A stretch of DNA of 61,647 bases, counting the filler, from Globobulimina sp. (taxonomy: Eukaryota): assembly GCA_003354225.1 (NCBI GenBank). It is 17 parts of 17 records of this genome, joined end to end, with 100 filler letters (N's around TTAATTAATTAA, not from the genome) between each part and the next. Parts side by side here need not be neighbours in the genome. Positions count along the whole stretch, not along the records: positions 25,446 to 28,978 come from PIVH01002567.1; positions 29,079 to 32,610 come from PIVH01002568.1; positions 32,711 to 36,241 come from PIVH01002569.1; positions 36,342 to 39,872 come from PIVH01002570.1; 13 more parts are not named here. One strand, given 5' to 3'. The translations under genes were made by a program, and so were the position numbers. Under the pieces are notes generated by a model. It ran no database searches. It saw only the letters and a program-made list of their open reading frames with translations, and was not told the origin of the DNA. This document shows positions 26,023 through 38,039 of this stretch, one piece after another. Position 1 is the stretch's first letter. Each line of letters starts with the position of its first letter.

Positions 26023-26601
26023 CTAATTTGTTTCAGTTTCACTGTGTAATTATTATATTATTTTGACATTTTATAGCTGTTTTTATGTAATTTTTTAATT
26101 TATCTCCGTTAAACTTTTTATTTATTTTGTATTGTAGTTTTTTTTCACGTAATCTTTTTACAATTAAACTATTATCATGCTTTTGTAATTTGTATTAAAT
26201 TGTTGATTGTTTTCTTCATTTTTATAGAGATTTTAGAATGGATTGAATTGTGTGTTGGTGAATTTCCATTAATGACGTCCCTTTTTAACATATCATGATC
26301 GATATAAAATGATACCGTGTGACAAAAACAAACACCAGGCATTGTCATTTTTGTCTTGATCTTTTGATGATCCTCATTTGAATCTTCATTTTCATAGTGA
26401 TATAATGCTAGTCTTGACGGTAGGCAGGTAAAATAAATAAAAAATCAAATGCAGCATGCACGGCATTGCACGCATGAAAGAATGTAAAATGTTTTAATTG
26501 TTTTTATTGAAGCATCAAAGAAAAACGTTGTCAATATGTCAGACTATTTGTTTGTTTGAATGGTCTCAATTGTTTGAAATATTGAACAGAAATTTCTGGA
26601 A

Positions 26602-27479
26602 TTAAAGAGATGAGAATACTTTTTTATTCTCACTCTCAAGTTTAGCCAATATTTCTTTAATTAATTCCTCTGTTTCCTCTGGCGATTTTACTGTATGACC
26701 AATGGTTCTGTCATCATGGAAAATTTCATAATCATTTCCTCCCTTTTTCAGCAACAAACAATGCAATTAAATATTAACACACATCAATTAAAAACAAACT
26801 TAACTTCATAAGTTTTATCACCAAAAAAATGTATCTCTTTAAAGCCTTTCTTTTCCACAAACCTCAAACAATATGTTTTATCCCAGCCATGCGGGAAAAC
26901 ATCGAATGAGATTTGTCCACCAATCGAACATTTTAATTTCTTTGCTAAATCTGGCAATTTAATTTTAAACTCTTCAATCATTTTCTCGCGAACTCTCTCT
27001 TTCTTATCAAATTCAAAAAATTCCACTCTCTCCGTTTGAGAGCAATTGCGTCCGACCGGACAGACATTGATCATTCCATTGCGAAACTCGACAAAAGTTC
27101 CCCTTTTTTTTGGTAATTTTAATCCTGCGATATATACTAAACAAAAATCAACAAAGGTTGCAATCTCTTGTTCAGTTAACTCCTTCTTTAAATTATGCGA
27201 ATTTAATGCCTGCCCATTCTCCCAGGCACAGAGTCCATTTTCGCTGAAACAAAAATCAAAAAATTGGAGAATATCACCAGCTAAATATAATTGTTCCTGT
27301 TGTTTGGGAAAATCTGAACCACCAACAAATCCTAAATATAATTTCGATTTTGCTGCTTGTAACAAGGACAACATTGACTCTTTGATTACGAGTCTCGACG
27401 CTGTCAATGTTCCATCCACGTCAAATAAAAGTAAGATTGGTGCTCTATTTGACAAATCATCAACTTTCTCCTCTGCCAT
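26602..27479 (-). CDS. PMM: Eukaryotic phosphomannomutase (PMM/SEC53); intron 26743-26804
   Basis: [68 protein letters not shown] | GGNDYEIF. Confidence 0.96.
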
Positions 27480-27791
27480 TGTATGTTTTTTGTAGGCGTT
27501 GAAGGCTATATATAATTATGCGATACCTTGTTGGTTCTGCAGTTGCTGTTCGTTGATGAACCGTAATAGGTTACTAATCAGATTAAGTGATCGTGGCGCG
27601 GTTTGTTGGTATGCCATTTTGTGCTATGAAATGATAAAAGCAATGCAGAACCAAAAAGGTATGTTTTATAACAAAAAAAATAGATGATATACTGTTCAAA
27701 ACATTACATGTGAATATGAAAGATAAAGAGTTTGCTAATGTTTTTTTTTTGGTTTAAAGTTTTTCTTATCATCTCATTTCTGCTATCAATA

Positions 27792-28597
27792 ATGGAACGG
27801 AAAGATTTATTTGGGTCGCAATCACGATCATGGACACCTCTCGAAGATGAATTCTTTGCAGAAAATGAATTGATTGAAATTATTCCAAACTTCAGTTGTC
27901 CAAAACGTCAATTTATACAGGTTTACAAAACTATACTCCGATTACCAGATATATTTCCATTGTGATTTGATGATGTTATTACTCACAGGGAACATGGGGG
28001 CCATTCCAAGCCAACAGAATCATCCGAGTGCCTATTTGGTTGGCCTCTACATTAAAAAAATCAAAAAAATGTAGTATAAAATTTCCAGAATGGATGACTG
28101 AGATTGAATTAAAAAACATATTGGAACATGAAAAAGAGCACGAAACCTTTTATAATGGATTGCCTTTTTATTATCGTGAAATAAGTAAAATTGTCTTTGA
28201 TATTGATTCAGAAAATAATCACAAAGATATTCGTGTATTAATACAGGACATCGAAGATGTTCGCGAATCAAAAACCAAAAAAGGTTTAAAGCAATTACAC
28301 TCTTCGACATATATTGTTCATTTAAATAACATTTCTTCAAATCAATTAAATAAAAATATACGAATAAATGTATGCGATCTATTAAATTATTTCTATGATA
28401 TTACAAAGGTTGGACCAAATGCAGATGCGCAAAACACACAAAACACTCAAAACACTCAATCCACACAATCACAATCACAATTTTCACAAAGTACACATCA
28501 TTCTTATGATAATAATAATAGTTCTAATAATGACTTGAGTTTATCAAACAATGACAACACAGCACAGCCAATGCGTAAATTGAGAAGACTTAGATAA
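27792..28597 (+). CDS. PSF2: GINS complex subunit Psf2; intron 27921-27988
   Basis: EFFAENELIEIIPNF | GTWGPF..VPIWLASTLKKSKKCSIKFPEWM; LPFYYREI; IQDIEDVRESK. Confidence 0.93.
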
Positions 28598-28663
28598 TGC
28601 AAATTAATGTGTTTTTATATTTAAACTTAAGGAGCTTCAGTACATTTAACGATATATTCAGAT

Positions 28664-28699
28664 AGATAACCCCCGAATAGATAATGGTGGGGGTTATCT
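28664..28699. repeat. 11-bp perfect inverted repeat with 14-nt spacer between PSF2 and MTG1
   Basis: AGATAACCCCC ... GGGGGTTATCT; followed by the direct repeat ttactaaaaatccta x2 near 28714-28745. Confidence 0.7.
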
Positions 28700-28754
28700 T
28701 TTTAATATCATCGTTACTAAAAATCCTACCTTACTAAAAATCCTAATCCTTAAA

Positions 28755-28978
28755 ATGTCGAGCAAACTTTCTCAGCTTAAAAAAGGAACAAGAGCATTAA
28801 GATCGGAATTTGTATATCCATCACAAATAAATTGGTATCCAGGACATATGGATAAAACCATCAAGCAATTGAAAACACATTTTCTTCCCAGCACCAACAT
28901 TATAATGGAAATACGCGATGCACGAATACCAATATCGTCACAACATCCACATTTTGATAAACTATTACAGAACAAAGC
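28755..28978 (+). CDS. MTG1: Mitochondrial ribosome-associated GTPase (MTG1/RbgA/YlqF), N-terminal fragment
   Basis: INWYPGHM and IMEIRDARIPISS signatures after a short presequence-like stretch. Confidence 0.85.
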
Positions 28979-30444
28979 NNNNNNNNNNNNNNNNNNNNNN
29001 NNNNNNNNNNNNNNNNNNNNNNTTAATTAATTAANNNNNNNNNNNNNNNNNNNNNNNNNNNNNNNNNNNNNNNNNNNNATTAAATTTGTTAATGTTTTGA
29101 ACCGAAGCAGCAATTTATGGCAATTCCAATTGATATATAAACACCATCTCAAGCTAATAAATAATAATTTGTCTTTAAATAAAATTACATATTGTGTCTG
29201 ATTTCCATAACATTTATATTCATGATTAGCATTTTTTGTAACAAATAAAAACAAAATTATATATTCCTTCCGATGCCGATCCTTGTCAAGTAGCGCGATA
29301 ACCAATGGGATGAGGAGGACTACTGCTTATTGCTCTGTAAAAAAAAAGATAAATTTGAAGTTAGTTCTGAGCATTTGGAAAACTCGACAAGTGTGAACAA
29401 AGAATATACAATAATTTAACAGAAAAAAAACTTAACATTGAATGTATATGCGTAATTGCGTATTGTGTCCATTAAATCTTAATTTTATAATTCAAACCAT
29501 GTATAAATAAATGAGATTAAATTCAATCATCCAAAAATATTCCACATAAAATAAAATAAACGTTATCGAGGACGCCCCAGTTGAATTAAAAACCGGTCAG
29601 CTCTGAGTTGTAAAGAAAAGAATAGGCATGACCCAAACTTCTAATCTAGTTACGCCCTATGGTGATAACAGTTTATCCAATTACAATTTATAAAATAGTC
29701 AAAGTATTTTCAATTACAATTTAATTTTCCTATTTAAAAATGTATATAATATTAAAATAATGTCATCAATTCCTACTAATTTAAAATACTATATAGTGAC
29801 TCAGCAATGCAATCAAAGTCAACAGATCGAAGAAGCTAGATGAGGTTTTTTTTATTAAAGGCACAAATTAAAAACAGCTTAAATCAGTCAATGTCAATGT
29901 AATCCACCATGTCGCCAGACAGTCAGAGTCTAGTGTAGTGACCCACCACCCAGCACCCATCACCCACCGCCACCCAACCACGTACACACCCCGCCCAACC
30001 ACCCCGCACCACTAAAGTTTGTATAAAATGGTGGTCCAATGGTATTATGACATTGGAATTCAATAATAATAATAACTAAAAATGTGTATCAACACCGTAA
30101 AAAGACAAATTAATTGTATGCAAAATATGTAACAATTCTGACAGAGTATTACTTTATTGTGGTATATTGCTTATATTTGCAATATTAAACAAAAGGAACT
30201 CAGAAATAAACGAAATATGCAACTGGATTTGGAAAGAATTCAAATATTAAAAACAGCTGATAGCCGGAAACAATATGGCTCTACAAAATGAGCAAAGTTA
30301 TCAAGAATTTATCGATTCTTTACTTTCCTAAAAGTTAGCGATGAGAAGATGTCAAGAAAAAAAAGTCACCCTTAAATGTATTGGAATTCACTTTACAAGT
30401 TATTAATAACAATTGACAGCTTTAAAATTTATAGAAGTTGTTCT

Positions 30445-32320
30445 TTAGATGTTAAATTTTTCATTATCAACAACAGCCTCATTATTTCCAATCATATGCG
30501 AAACGACAGGTTGCTGACTTGCAATTGCATCATTTTGCAAATTTTTGTTGATCATATTTTCTTCTAAATCATTGCTCTTATTCTTCAAAATGGGCGCTTC
30601 ACTCTCTTCCTTCTGCGGACACCACGGTATAGATTGGCCATCATGCTCTTTTTTGTATTGTCTGTTAGTTTGCCACCACGTAATCGTAAAAAACACCACA
30701 AACAAAGCAGACGCAATCACCGCATAAAAAGCCACTCCTTTGTCCTTCAACAAACCGCCATAATCATATTTGACGCATCCATCGCCTTTCACGCCATTCG
30801 AGCAATACTCCGTATTATGATTGCACTCACATTCATTGTCACAATTCTCTCCATAGAACTTCTTATCCGTACAATACAAACATTTGCCCGCATTCGCCTT
30901 CTCCAAATCTCCCGTCGTATAACAGATGCCGTTGTCGCTCGAACAGCTGCACTCCAAATCGCAATCCGGTCCATATTTGCTACCCAAACCGAAATCAAAT
31001 GAGCTGTTTGTCATATTATCCTCGATATCAATCTCCAGATCGTAACAAAATTTGCACTTTCCATCCCCGTCGGGGCCGCTGTTACAAATCCCCTTTAACG
31101 GCGAACACGAACCACCCAAACCATCGCACGCCGTACACGTAGCGCCAAACGACAACAACGTGCAATAACAGTAACCGTCTCCGCCAATGCTATCGTTGCA
31201 ATATCCATTGTTGCACAAACATTGCTGTCCGCATTGGTCGCCATAATAATCCATCTCGCAGCCAATGCACGAGGAAGCATTGCGGATCTCATTGTTGTAG
31301 ACACCGAACACCGCTCTCCGCTGAAAATGCGACGCATTTATATGCAAATTGAGCCCCAAGCCCATCCATTCAAATCCGACGGTAATTAGTTGATTGTCGT
31401 TAGTCACAATGGAATCTAATGCATAAAACGGCACATTTGCGCCGGCAATAATCTCCCCGGTGGACACATTGTGTTTGGCGATGGTGGAATGGTTCAAATC
31501 CGCCACATCTTCCAACAACGGAGAGGTAGTGATGTAAATATGCGAGTAATTCGACAATGCATCGATGGATAAAGTCCAATCGAAATGCAAATCGTGCTTC
31601 AAATGTCCGCCATACCACGTGAACGTATCATAAACCGGTTTCTCATCCAACTGACCCAATTTCAGCACCGTATCCCAGCGCTTTAAATGTCGCATTTTGC
31701 CCAGGAACAGATTTATTAAACCATTGAGCGACGGATCTAATAAACTGATCAAAGCGTTCTCTTTCATGCTGGTCGCGATGGTTCGGTGCGATATGAACGA
31801 GGGATTCACCAACGTCCAGTGTTCAGGCCATTTGTTGACGCGCCAGGTTCCGGAGATTATGTCGCGTTCAATGCGCGCCACGCCGCTGAATAATAAGTGG
31901 GTGAAGCCGACATAGAAGTATTTGTCCACAACGGTGCTTTTCAAGGACTCATTGACCGGAGCGGATAAGGTGACCTCTGGCGGGATTACGCCGTAAGCGT
32001 CCAAGTACTTGATTTCTTTGAAAAAGCCCAACTGCGTCAAGTTGTATAATTGGCGAAATGTGCTGTTATGCGCGCCATTTGGGATGGAATATTCGTCCAA
32101 AACTATCACGGTTTTGTTTGACGGAGCTACGCAATTCCCGCCAATGTACAAGTTGTTCTTATCTGTGGTGTGTGGCAGTGTGTATACTGTGACATGTTTA
32201 AAATGTGTCGACATTGGTACCTGATTTGAAAAATGTGGCATCGGTGTAGATTATTGGTTGATTGTGGTGCTCTTTTTTGGTGGAACAGGGCGGAATGTTT
32301 GCGGTCCACATAAATGCAAA
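30445..32320 (-). CDS. Single-pass membrane protein with tandem EGF/laminin-type Cys repeats, 5'-partial; probable intron 32163-32220
   Basis: YYGDQCGQQCLCNNGYC..GDGYC, YGPDCDLECSC, FYGENCDNECEC; TM VAFYAVIASALFVVFFTITWW; splice gives FFKS-D-KNNLYIGGNC. Confidence 0.8.
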
Positions 32321-32324
32321 TCGT

Positions 32325-32610
32325 GCTATCAAAGTTGTAGCCGGGATTGATAAACGAATGTCCTTCTTCCAGGCATTGTCACTCCGTCGGCGGCTCCAAA
32401 TCCAACACAATATCGAACGCATTGCTGCTGTCGCCGTACACACAGCGCCCAAACTGCCCGCAAAATAGTTGCAAGCCCACAATGCCTAACACGAACAGGA
32501 TGAAAAAGGAGAAACACACTGCGTTTATCACATTGGTCAGCGACGCATCCAATCTGTTCCACCATGACTCCAAATATCTTATCTTTCGATTTTTACTCAT
32601 TGTATAATAA
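32325..32610 (-). pseudogene. Fragment of a voltage-gated Na/Ca channel-like S5-pore region with an in-frame TGA (32379-32381)
   Basis: Readthrough gives LTNVINAVCFSFFILFVLGIVGLQLFCGQFGRC..PTE*QCLEEGHSFINPGYNFDS, resembling the S5 helix, F.G.F..C and NFD motifs of four-domain channels. Confidence 0.6.
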
Positions 32611-32712
32611 NNNNNNNNNNNNNNNNNNNNNNNNNNNNNNNNNNNNNNNNNNNNTTAATTAATTAANNNNNNNNNNNNNNNNNNNNNNNNNNNNNNNNNN
32701 NNNNNNNNNNAA

Positions 32713-33033
32713 AGAATCAGGAAGAAGATTTTCGGTTCAACAAGCCGTCCTCGCCTGAGAGTTTTTAAAAGCTCAAAACATATTTATGCTCAAATTATTG
32801 ATGATAGTAAAGGACATACGCTCGTTTCAGCATCTTCAATGTTGAATGATATTGGTGACAGCGCAGATTTAAAAGGAAAAAGGTCAAAGGCCAATAAAGT
32901 TGGACAAATAATTGCTGAAAAAGCAAAAGTCCAAGGTATTGAATCTGTAGTGTTCGACCGCGGTGGTTATATATATCATGGTCGTGTAAAAGCTCTCTCC
33001 GAAGGGGCTAGGAAAGGCGGTCTGTCCTTTTAA
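32713..33033 (+). CDS. rplR: Bacterial 50S ribosomal protein L18, 5'-partial
   Basis: [59 protein letters not shown]. Confidence 0.97.
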   Translation, partial: RIRKKIFGSTSRPRLRVFKSSKHIYAQIIDDSKGHTLVSASSMLNDIGDSADLKGKRSKANKVGQIIAEKAKVQGIESVVFDRGGYIYHGRVKALSEGARKGGLSF

Positions 33034-33070
33034 TTATAAATTAATGCAATGTTTTTGAGTAAGATTTTAT

Positions 33071-33076
33071 GGAGGT
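33071..33076 (+). promoter_or_regulatory. Shine-Dalgarno site of rpsE
   Basis: GGAGGT 6 nt upstream of the TTG start at 33083. Confidence 0.85.
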
Positions 33077-33082
33077 ACATCC

Positions 33083-33350
33083 TTGGCAAAAATAACCAAT
33101 GAAAAAGACGATCAACTCATCGAGAAAATTGTCTTTATAAATAGAGTTGCAAAGGTAGTAAAAGGTGGTCGTCGCTTTAGCTTTAGTGCTATAGTTGTTG
33201 TCGGCGACGGACTAGGGAAAGTTGGTTATGGGCTTGGAAAAGCCAACCAGGTTCCTGAAGCTATCCGCAAAGGTGTTGATAAGGCAAAAAAAGATATGCA
33301 GGCTGTATCAATTAATGAAATAAGTATACCCCATGGAATTAATGGTAAAT
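33083..33350 (+). CDS. rpsE: Bacterial 30S ribosomal protein S5, N-terminal half, truncated at a chimeric junction
   Basis: [46 protein letters not shown]; similarity stops abruptly; spc-operon order rplR-rpsE. Confidence 0.95.
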
Positions 33351-36241
33351 CGCGCAGTTCAAAGTCTAGTTTAAGTGAGTTTGATCATTTGCATCCCGCG
33401 TCATTATTGCAGACAAATTCAGATGAAATGGATGAGACAAATATTCATCGATATCAGGAGATGGCGGTGATTGAAGCACCGTCCTCCCAGAATAGTAACA
33501 GTCCGAATGATAATGATAAAGAGATGGATGAGTTGCAACACAAATTCACACAATTGTTGTTAAGGGAGGAATATCCCATACAATATGGTAAACAATATGC
33601 CATTCAAATGCTGAATGAAAGTATAATTGTGACCACTATTATGATTAAGAATATTCATGATTTGCCAATGGGCATTGGTTGGATTAATAATGAGACCCAA
33701 TTTGAATATGATCAGAGCAGAAACGGTATTGATTGCGAATTTATTTATGACGCAGTGCCGATATTATTAGCGGATGATATTAAATGTGAGAAAAAAGATA
33801 ATAAATCCTCTGGGAAAACACAAATTTCTGAGCAGGAATTGTTAAAAGATTTCATTCCCAAATCACAATTTAAAATTGGTCCCATTATGGCTTTAGATCC
33901 AGATGTAATGCATCAATATAAAAACCGTGATAATCATAAACAAACCGCCATTGATAAATATCATGAATTAAAAAAATTGCAAATGGAAATGGAACTAAAA
34001 TTGACGGAACAGGAACTAGTCAAAGAACAGGAAGAGAAAAAGAAAAAAGAAGACGAAAACAAAGAATATGAGCTAAAAATCTTGAAAATTAAGCAAGAAC
34101 ATAAGTTTCCAGAATGGTTTGAATCATTACGGGAATATGCGCCCGGATATCCATTGCAATTATATGCAGTGGCTTGGAAACATAATAGGAACGAAGCAGA
34201 TCAACAATTGGGTCGTGCTGTAAATTGGATACTCGACGAAGGTGGGAAATTTATGACGGCGCGACCGCAGGAATTTGATACGGTGCTCTCCCAAATCTTA
34301 CCCTTGAAAGTGGAGGATTTACTGCCCCAACAAATACCCGATTATATTGTGGATAAAACGCATGAATTTTGGGATGCGAAGTATGGCACACATTCTATGC
34401 AAGATATTCTCAAAATACATGAAACAAAAGAAGCGGAATTGAAATTATTGAAACAAAAAACCAAAAAACAATTGGAAGTTGAAAAGAAAGTTGAGAAAAA
34501 AAAAGAATTTGATCAGGATGAAAAGGAACAAATACGGGCATTGATACCCAAGGAAGGCAAGACATTGTCGGAAATGAAGAGTGAAGCGACCATCATCTGC
34601 CCCATAAATAGTATTGATTTACCACCGGTTGCTGGACAATTAAAATTGGTCCAATTTAATACACCATCGGCACCACCACCGCCGCCTTTTGCTGATACAA
34701 AATCTGCCAAACGAGTGGTGAGATATGCCTTTGCTGCCATGTTGATGCATTATGGCGTGATTTCTGAGGCGATTAACTGTTCAGAGTTTTTATATAAAGT
34801 ATGCAAGACAAAGAAGAATGGGAACAACAGTCATCCACAAACACCACAATTGACATTGTTATCTCGTGTATGGAGCTTATGTGCCTCTGTACGATATGAT
34901 ATGTTTAATGAATTAGAAAAACTGATGAATGAAAAATCGACCCAGTTAGAAAATAATGCATCCGAACAAAATGAAAAGAATCCAGATTTATTAAATAAAG
35001 CAAAAGCATTGGAATCTATGATCAATAAAAAGAAAATGGACGTGTCCAAATGTGTGGGGTTATTAAATGACGATCAATTGAAGATATATTTAGTTAAATT
35101 GAATGTAAATATTTTAAATAAATCGCGCTATGAATTGATTGATTTGTTGACGGATATACGCGTAAAATTTGTGGCCTGTGGCAAGCAGTGTTATTGTGGT
35201 TCAATGCTGGTCAAATCTGTCAACGGCGATATTTTTAATGATCGACAAAAATGTGCATTGTGTGTGAAAAATATTGAAATTGATAAACCGATATTTTATT
35301 GTCCGAAATCGAACCATGAGGAGAAACAACACCAATTTAAATTCATTATTTGTGAACATTGTGGCAATCAGAAAATGATCATACAGCCATTGGAAGAAGA
35401 GAACAAAGGGCAATTGGAACCAGAAGAAAGTGAAAATAAGCATAATAATGTTATAAATGACGAAATTGATACATATGAAATTATCGCTGAACGATTGATT
35501 AATAAAATGATATTATTATTGCAATTAAATCCGATTAAAACAGATATCGGTGTGGATGACGATGATGACGACGATGAGCATAAATCTGACGATGACTTTA
35601 TAAATGCAAATCTAAATGAATATGATGAGGATGGCATTGGTGGATTGCCATTGATTTTAAAAGATAGTGACATCGCTCCGGCACCGCCCAGACCGCGCCG
35701 TGCGTCCATTGAAAATGTAGAGAGATTCACCTCTAAAAAAATGATGGCTATGAGTAGTAAAAATGTATTTGGTGGCACCGATTCGAAATCATTAAAACGT
35801 GCCGTATCCTCCTTGTATTTATCTGACCGGAATCCAGATGCACCGGTATGGATATCGCGTATACCGGATAATATCGAAGAAGATCGAACGGCAAAAATGA
35901 TATTATATTTGTTAAAGAAACCATATTCGCCCACTATGATACGAGACAGTATCAGTGGACGCAGAATCAGAGCGAGAAGACGTGCCATGGGCTTACGTTT
36001 ATTTTCCTCCTTATTTGAACATACCACATCAAAGATATTACACGAAGAAGTAGCGGGATTATTAGCTGCTGCTATCAAAGAATGTAAGTTGCAGCGGGTA
36101 CTGGATATTGAAGAGAAAAAACGGAGAGAGGCCTTTAAATTATTGGAGCAGAAATATTCAGAAATGAATGAGTCTGAAAAGAAAGAAGAATTTAATATGT
36201 TGCACTGGCAAAAAGAGAAAGAAGTCGATGAGTTTGAAACG
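33351..36241 (+). CDS. Internal part of a very large eukaryotic protein with UBA-like and Cys/His zinc-finger regions (possible giant E3 ligase)
   Basis: About 960 open codons; [19 protein letters not shown] (UBA-like); CYCG..CALC..FYC..H..CEHC; acidic low-complexity tracts. Confidence 0.6.
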
Positions 36242-36342
36242 NNNNNNNNNNNNNNNNNNNNNNNNNNNNNNNNNNNNNNNNNNNNTTAATTAATTAANNN
36301 NNNNNNNNNNNNNNNNNNNNNNNNNNNNNNNNNNNNNNNNNA

Positions 36343-37817
36343 ATGGCGTTGCAACATACTCGTTTGATATCGAAAGTCTTCAAGTCACGCTTATATGCGA
36401 TAAGTCAACGTCTCGCAAGTGATAGCGGTACCGGCGGAGCTCCGTATCGCCCATATCCAGCCACCAAATATCAATGGTCTGAATCAGCAGATTATTGGAC
36501 GCAAAATGGATATAAACCCCAATCGGAAGAAGACGACCAATATGAGGTGGAAGAGATATATTTGAGTGAAATCGAAGAGAGATTGCAAAAATATGATAAG
36601 AAATATTGCGATTCAGACAAAGTCAAAGCACTTTATAATGAATTTGGATGGGAAGCCATCGATGACCGAGCCACACATAATTACGGCGGCTCCCTTGGTG
36701 GCACACAATATGGTGAGGGCAAAAAAATCAATCCAGCACATTACGTAACAGCCTCATGGACAAATGTGGGCAGAAAAGCGTTAAGTAACGATAACATATG
36801 CGATTTTACGATAATTCGCATCTAAAATGCACAATTCTAATATTTTAGCATCCCGCCCATTCAATATATGACCGCAGACCAAATCCGTCGTTCCCGTGGT
36901 AGTTTGGCCTCTGTTCGGGAAGTGCCGCCCGAACTGGATTCCATTTGGAAATATTGGAATTTTTATTCCTGTCTCGGTGTGTTTGGAACCATAATGATCA
37001 GCAAAGAGTTTTTCGTGACTGGCGGGCATGACATGTTCGAAGGACTTATGATGTGGGGCATCTTTGGCACCGTGGCCTCGTTTGCCGCGGATTGGTACGC
37101 TTGGTGGCATACGTTATTATTGCAAGAGGCCTACGATCGGGAATATTTCCCATTGATCAAAGCTGTGAATAAATACAATAAGGAGTTGGAAAATATTAAT
37201 TGCAAACCCAATGAGAAGAAGATCATGTTTCAGATGCAAAAATATCGGGAAATTGTGGCGGAGAAAGTGTTGAAGAAAACGTTGCAAAATAGATTGGGGC
37301 GAAGTATTGAAGGCACATTACAGAAATTAGAGTCTGTTAAGTGTTTTGTTTTTGTTTTTGGATATTGCGAAATTGCGACAATACATAAAAAATAATATAG
37401 AAAATGAGCGAGGAAGGAACTACGAAAAAAGAAGCGGAGAATCAATGGAAAAGAAAAGCGTTGCAAGAGACTGTGGATTTTTTTGATAATGATGCCATTC
37501 GTAGCGATTTTATGAAAGATGCGTTGACTCAGTTTTGTAGTGATAATAATGCAGCGATATCCAATACGAATGCAACTGTGCATTTTAAGAGTGATATATT
37601 TGAATCGAAATATAATGTGAAATATAATGAGGCACAAAATGATTATTTAAATGAACAAAGGAATAAAGGTATATTGTCGGCGGTTTTTATGGATAAAAAT
37701 GAAAGGATGGAAAATTATAAAAGTATTCAAGAAAAAGAAGAGACGTATCTACAAAAAGTAAATGTATGGGCGTCCTCAAGGAATAGTGTTAATACATCAG
37801 TACCTTCATTCTCATAA
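36343..37817 (+). CDS. ATP4: Mitochondrial ATP synthase peripheral-stalk subunit b-like, about 446 aa; introns 36780-36848 and 37336-37400
   Basis: Arg/Ser-rich presequence; GTIMISKEFFV hairpin-TM motif (compare LSKEIYV of subunit b), then a long helix; both introns restore frame. Confidence 0.65.
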
Positions 37818-38039
37818 ACTCATCGCTCAGACTCTGCTCTTGACTCTTGTTTATCAGTTTGATTATATTCAATTGACATTTTTTTTATATATTCAACAAT
37901 TTCAACATATTCATAATTGTTGCGTTTCGGGGCGAACCGTGTTAAAAAATGAGGGAACGTACAATTTGTTGCGAGATCCTCTTTCTGGATATTCCAACGG
38001 AATGTAAAAACTTGGTAAAAAAAAACGCGTTCTCTAATC

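Noticed and set aside
28664..28705. Rho-independent terminator
   Set aside because: Flanking genes are eukaryotic and PSF2 has an intron; kept only as an inverted repeat
26602..28978. PMM-PSF2-MTG1 as a functional cluster
   Set aside because: Unrelated housekeeping genes in a compact genome
33083..36289. 1068-aa ribosomal protein S5 fusion as a novel protein
   Set aside because: S5 is cut mid-protein and sits in bacterial operon context; a chimera is far more parsimonious
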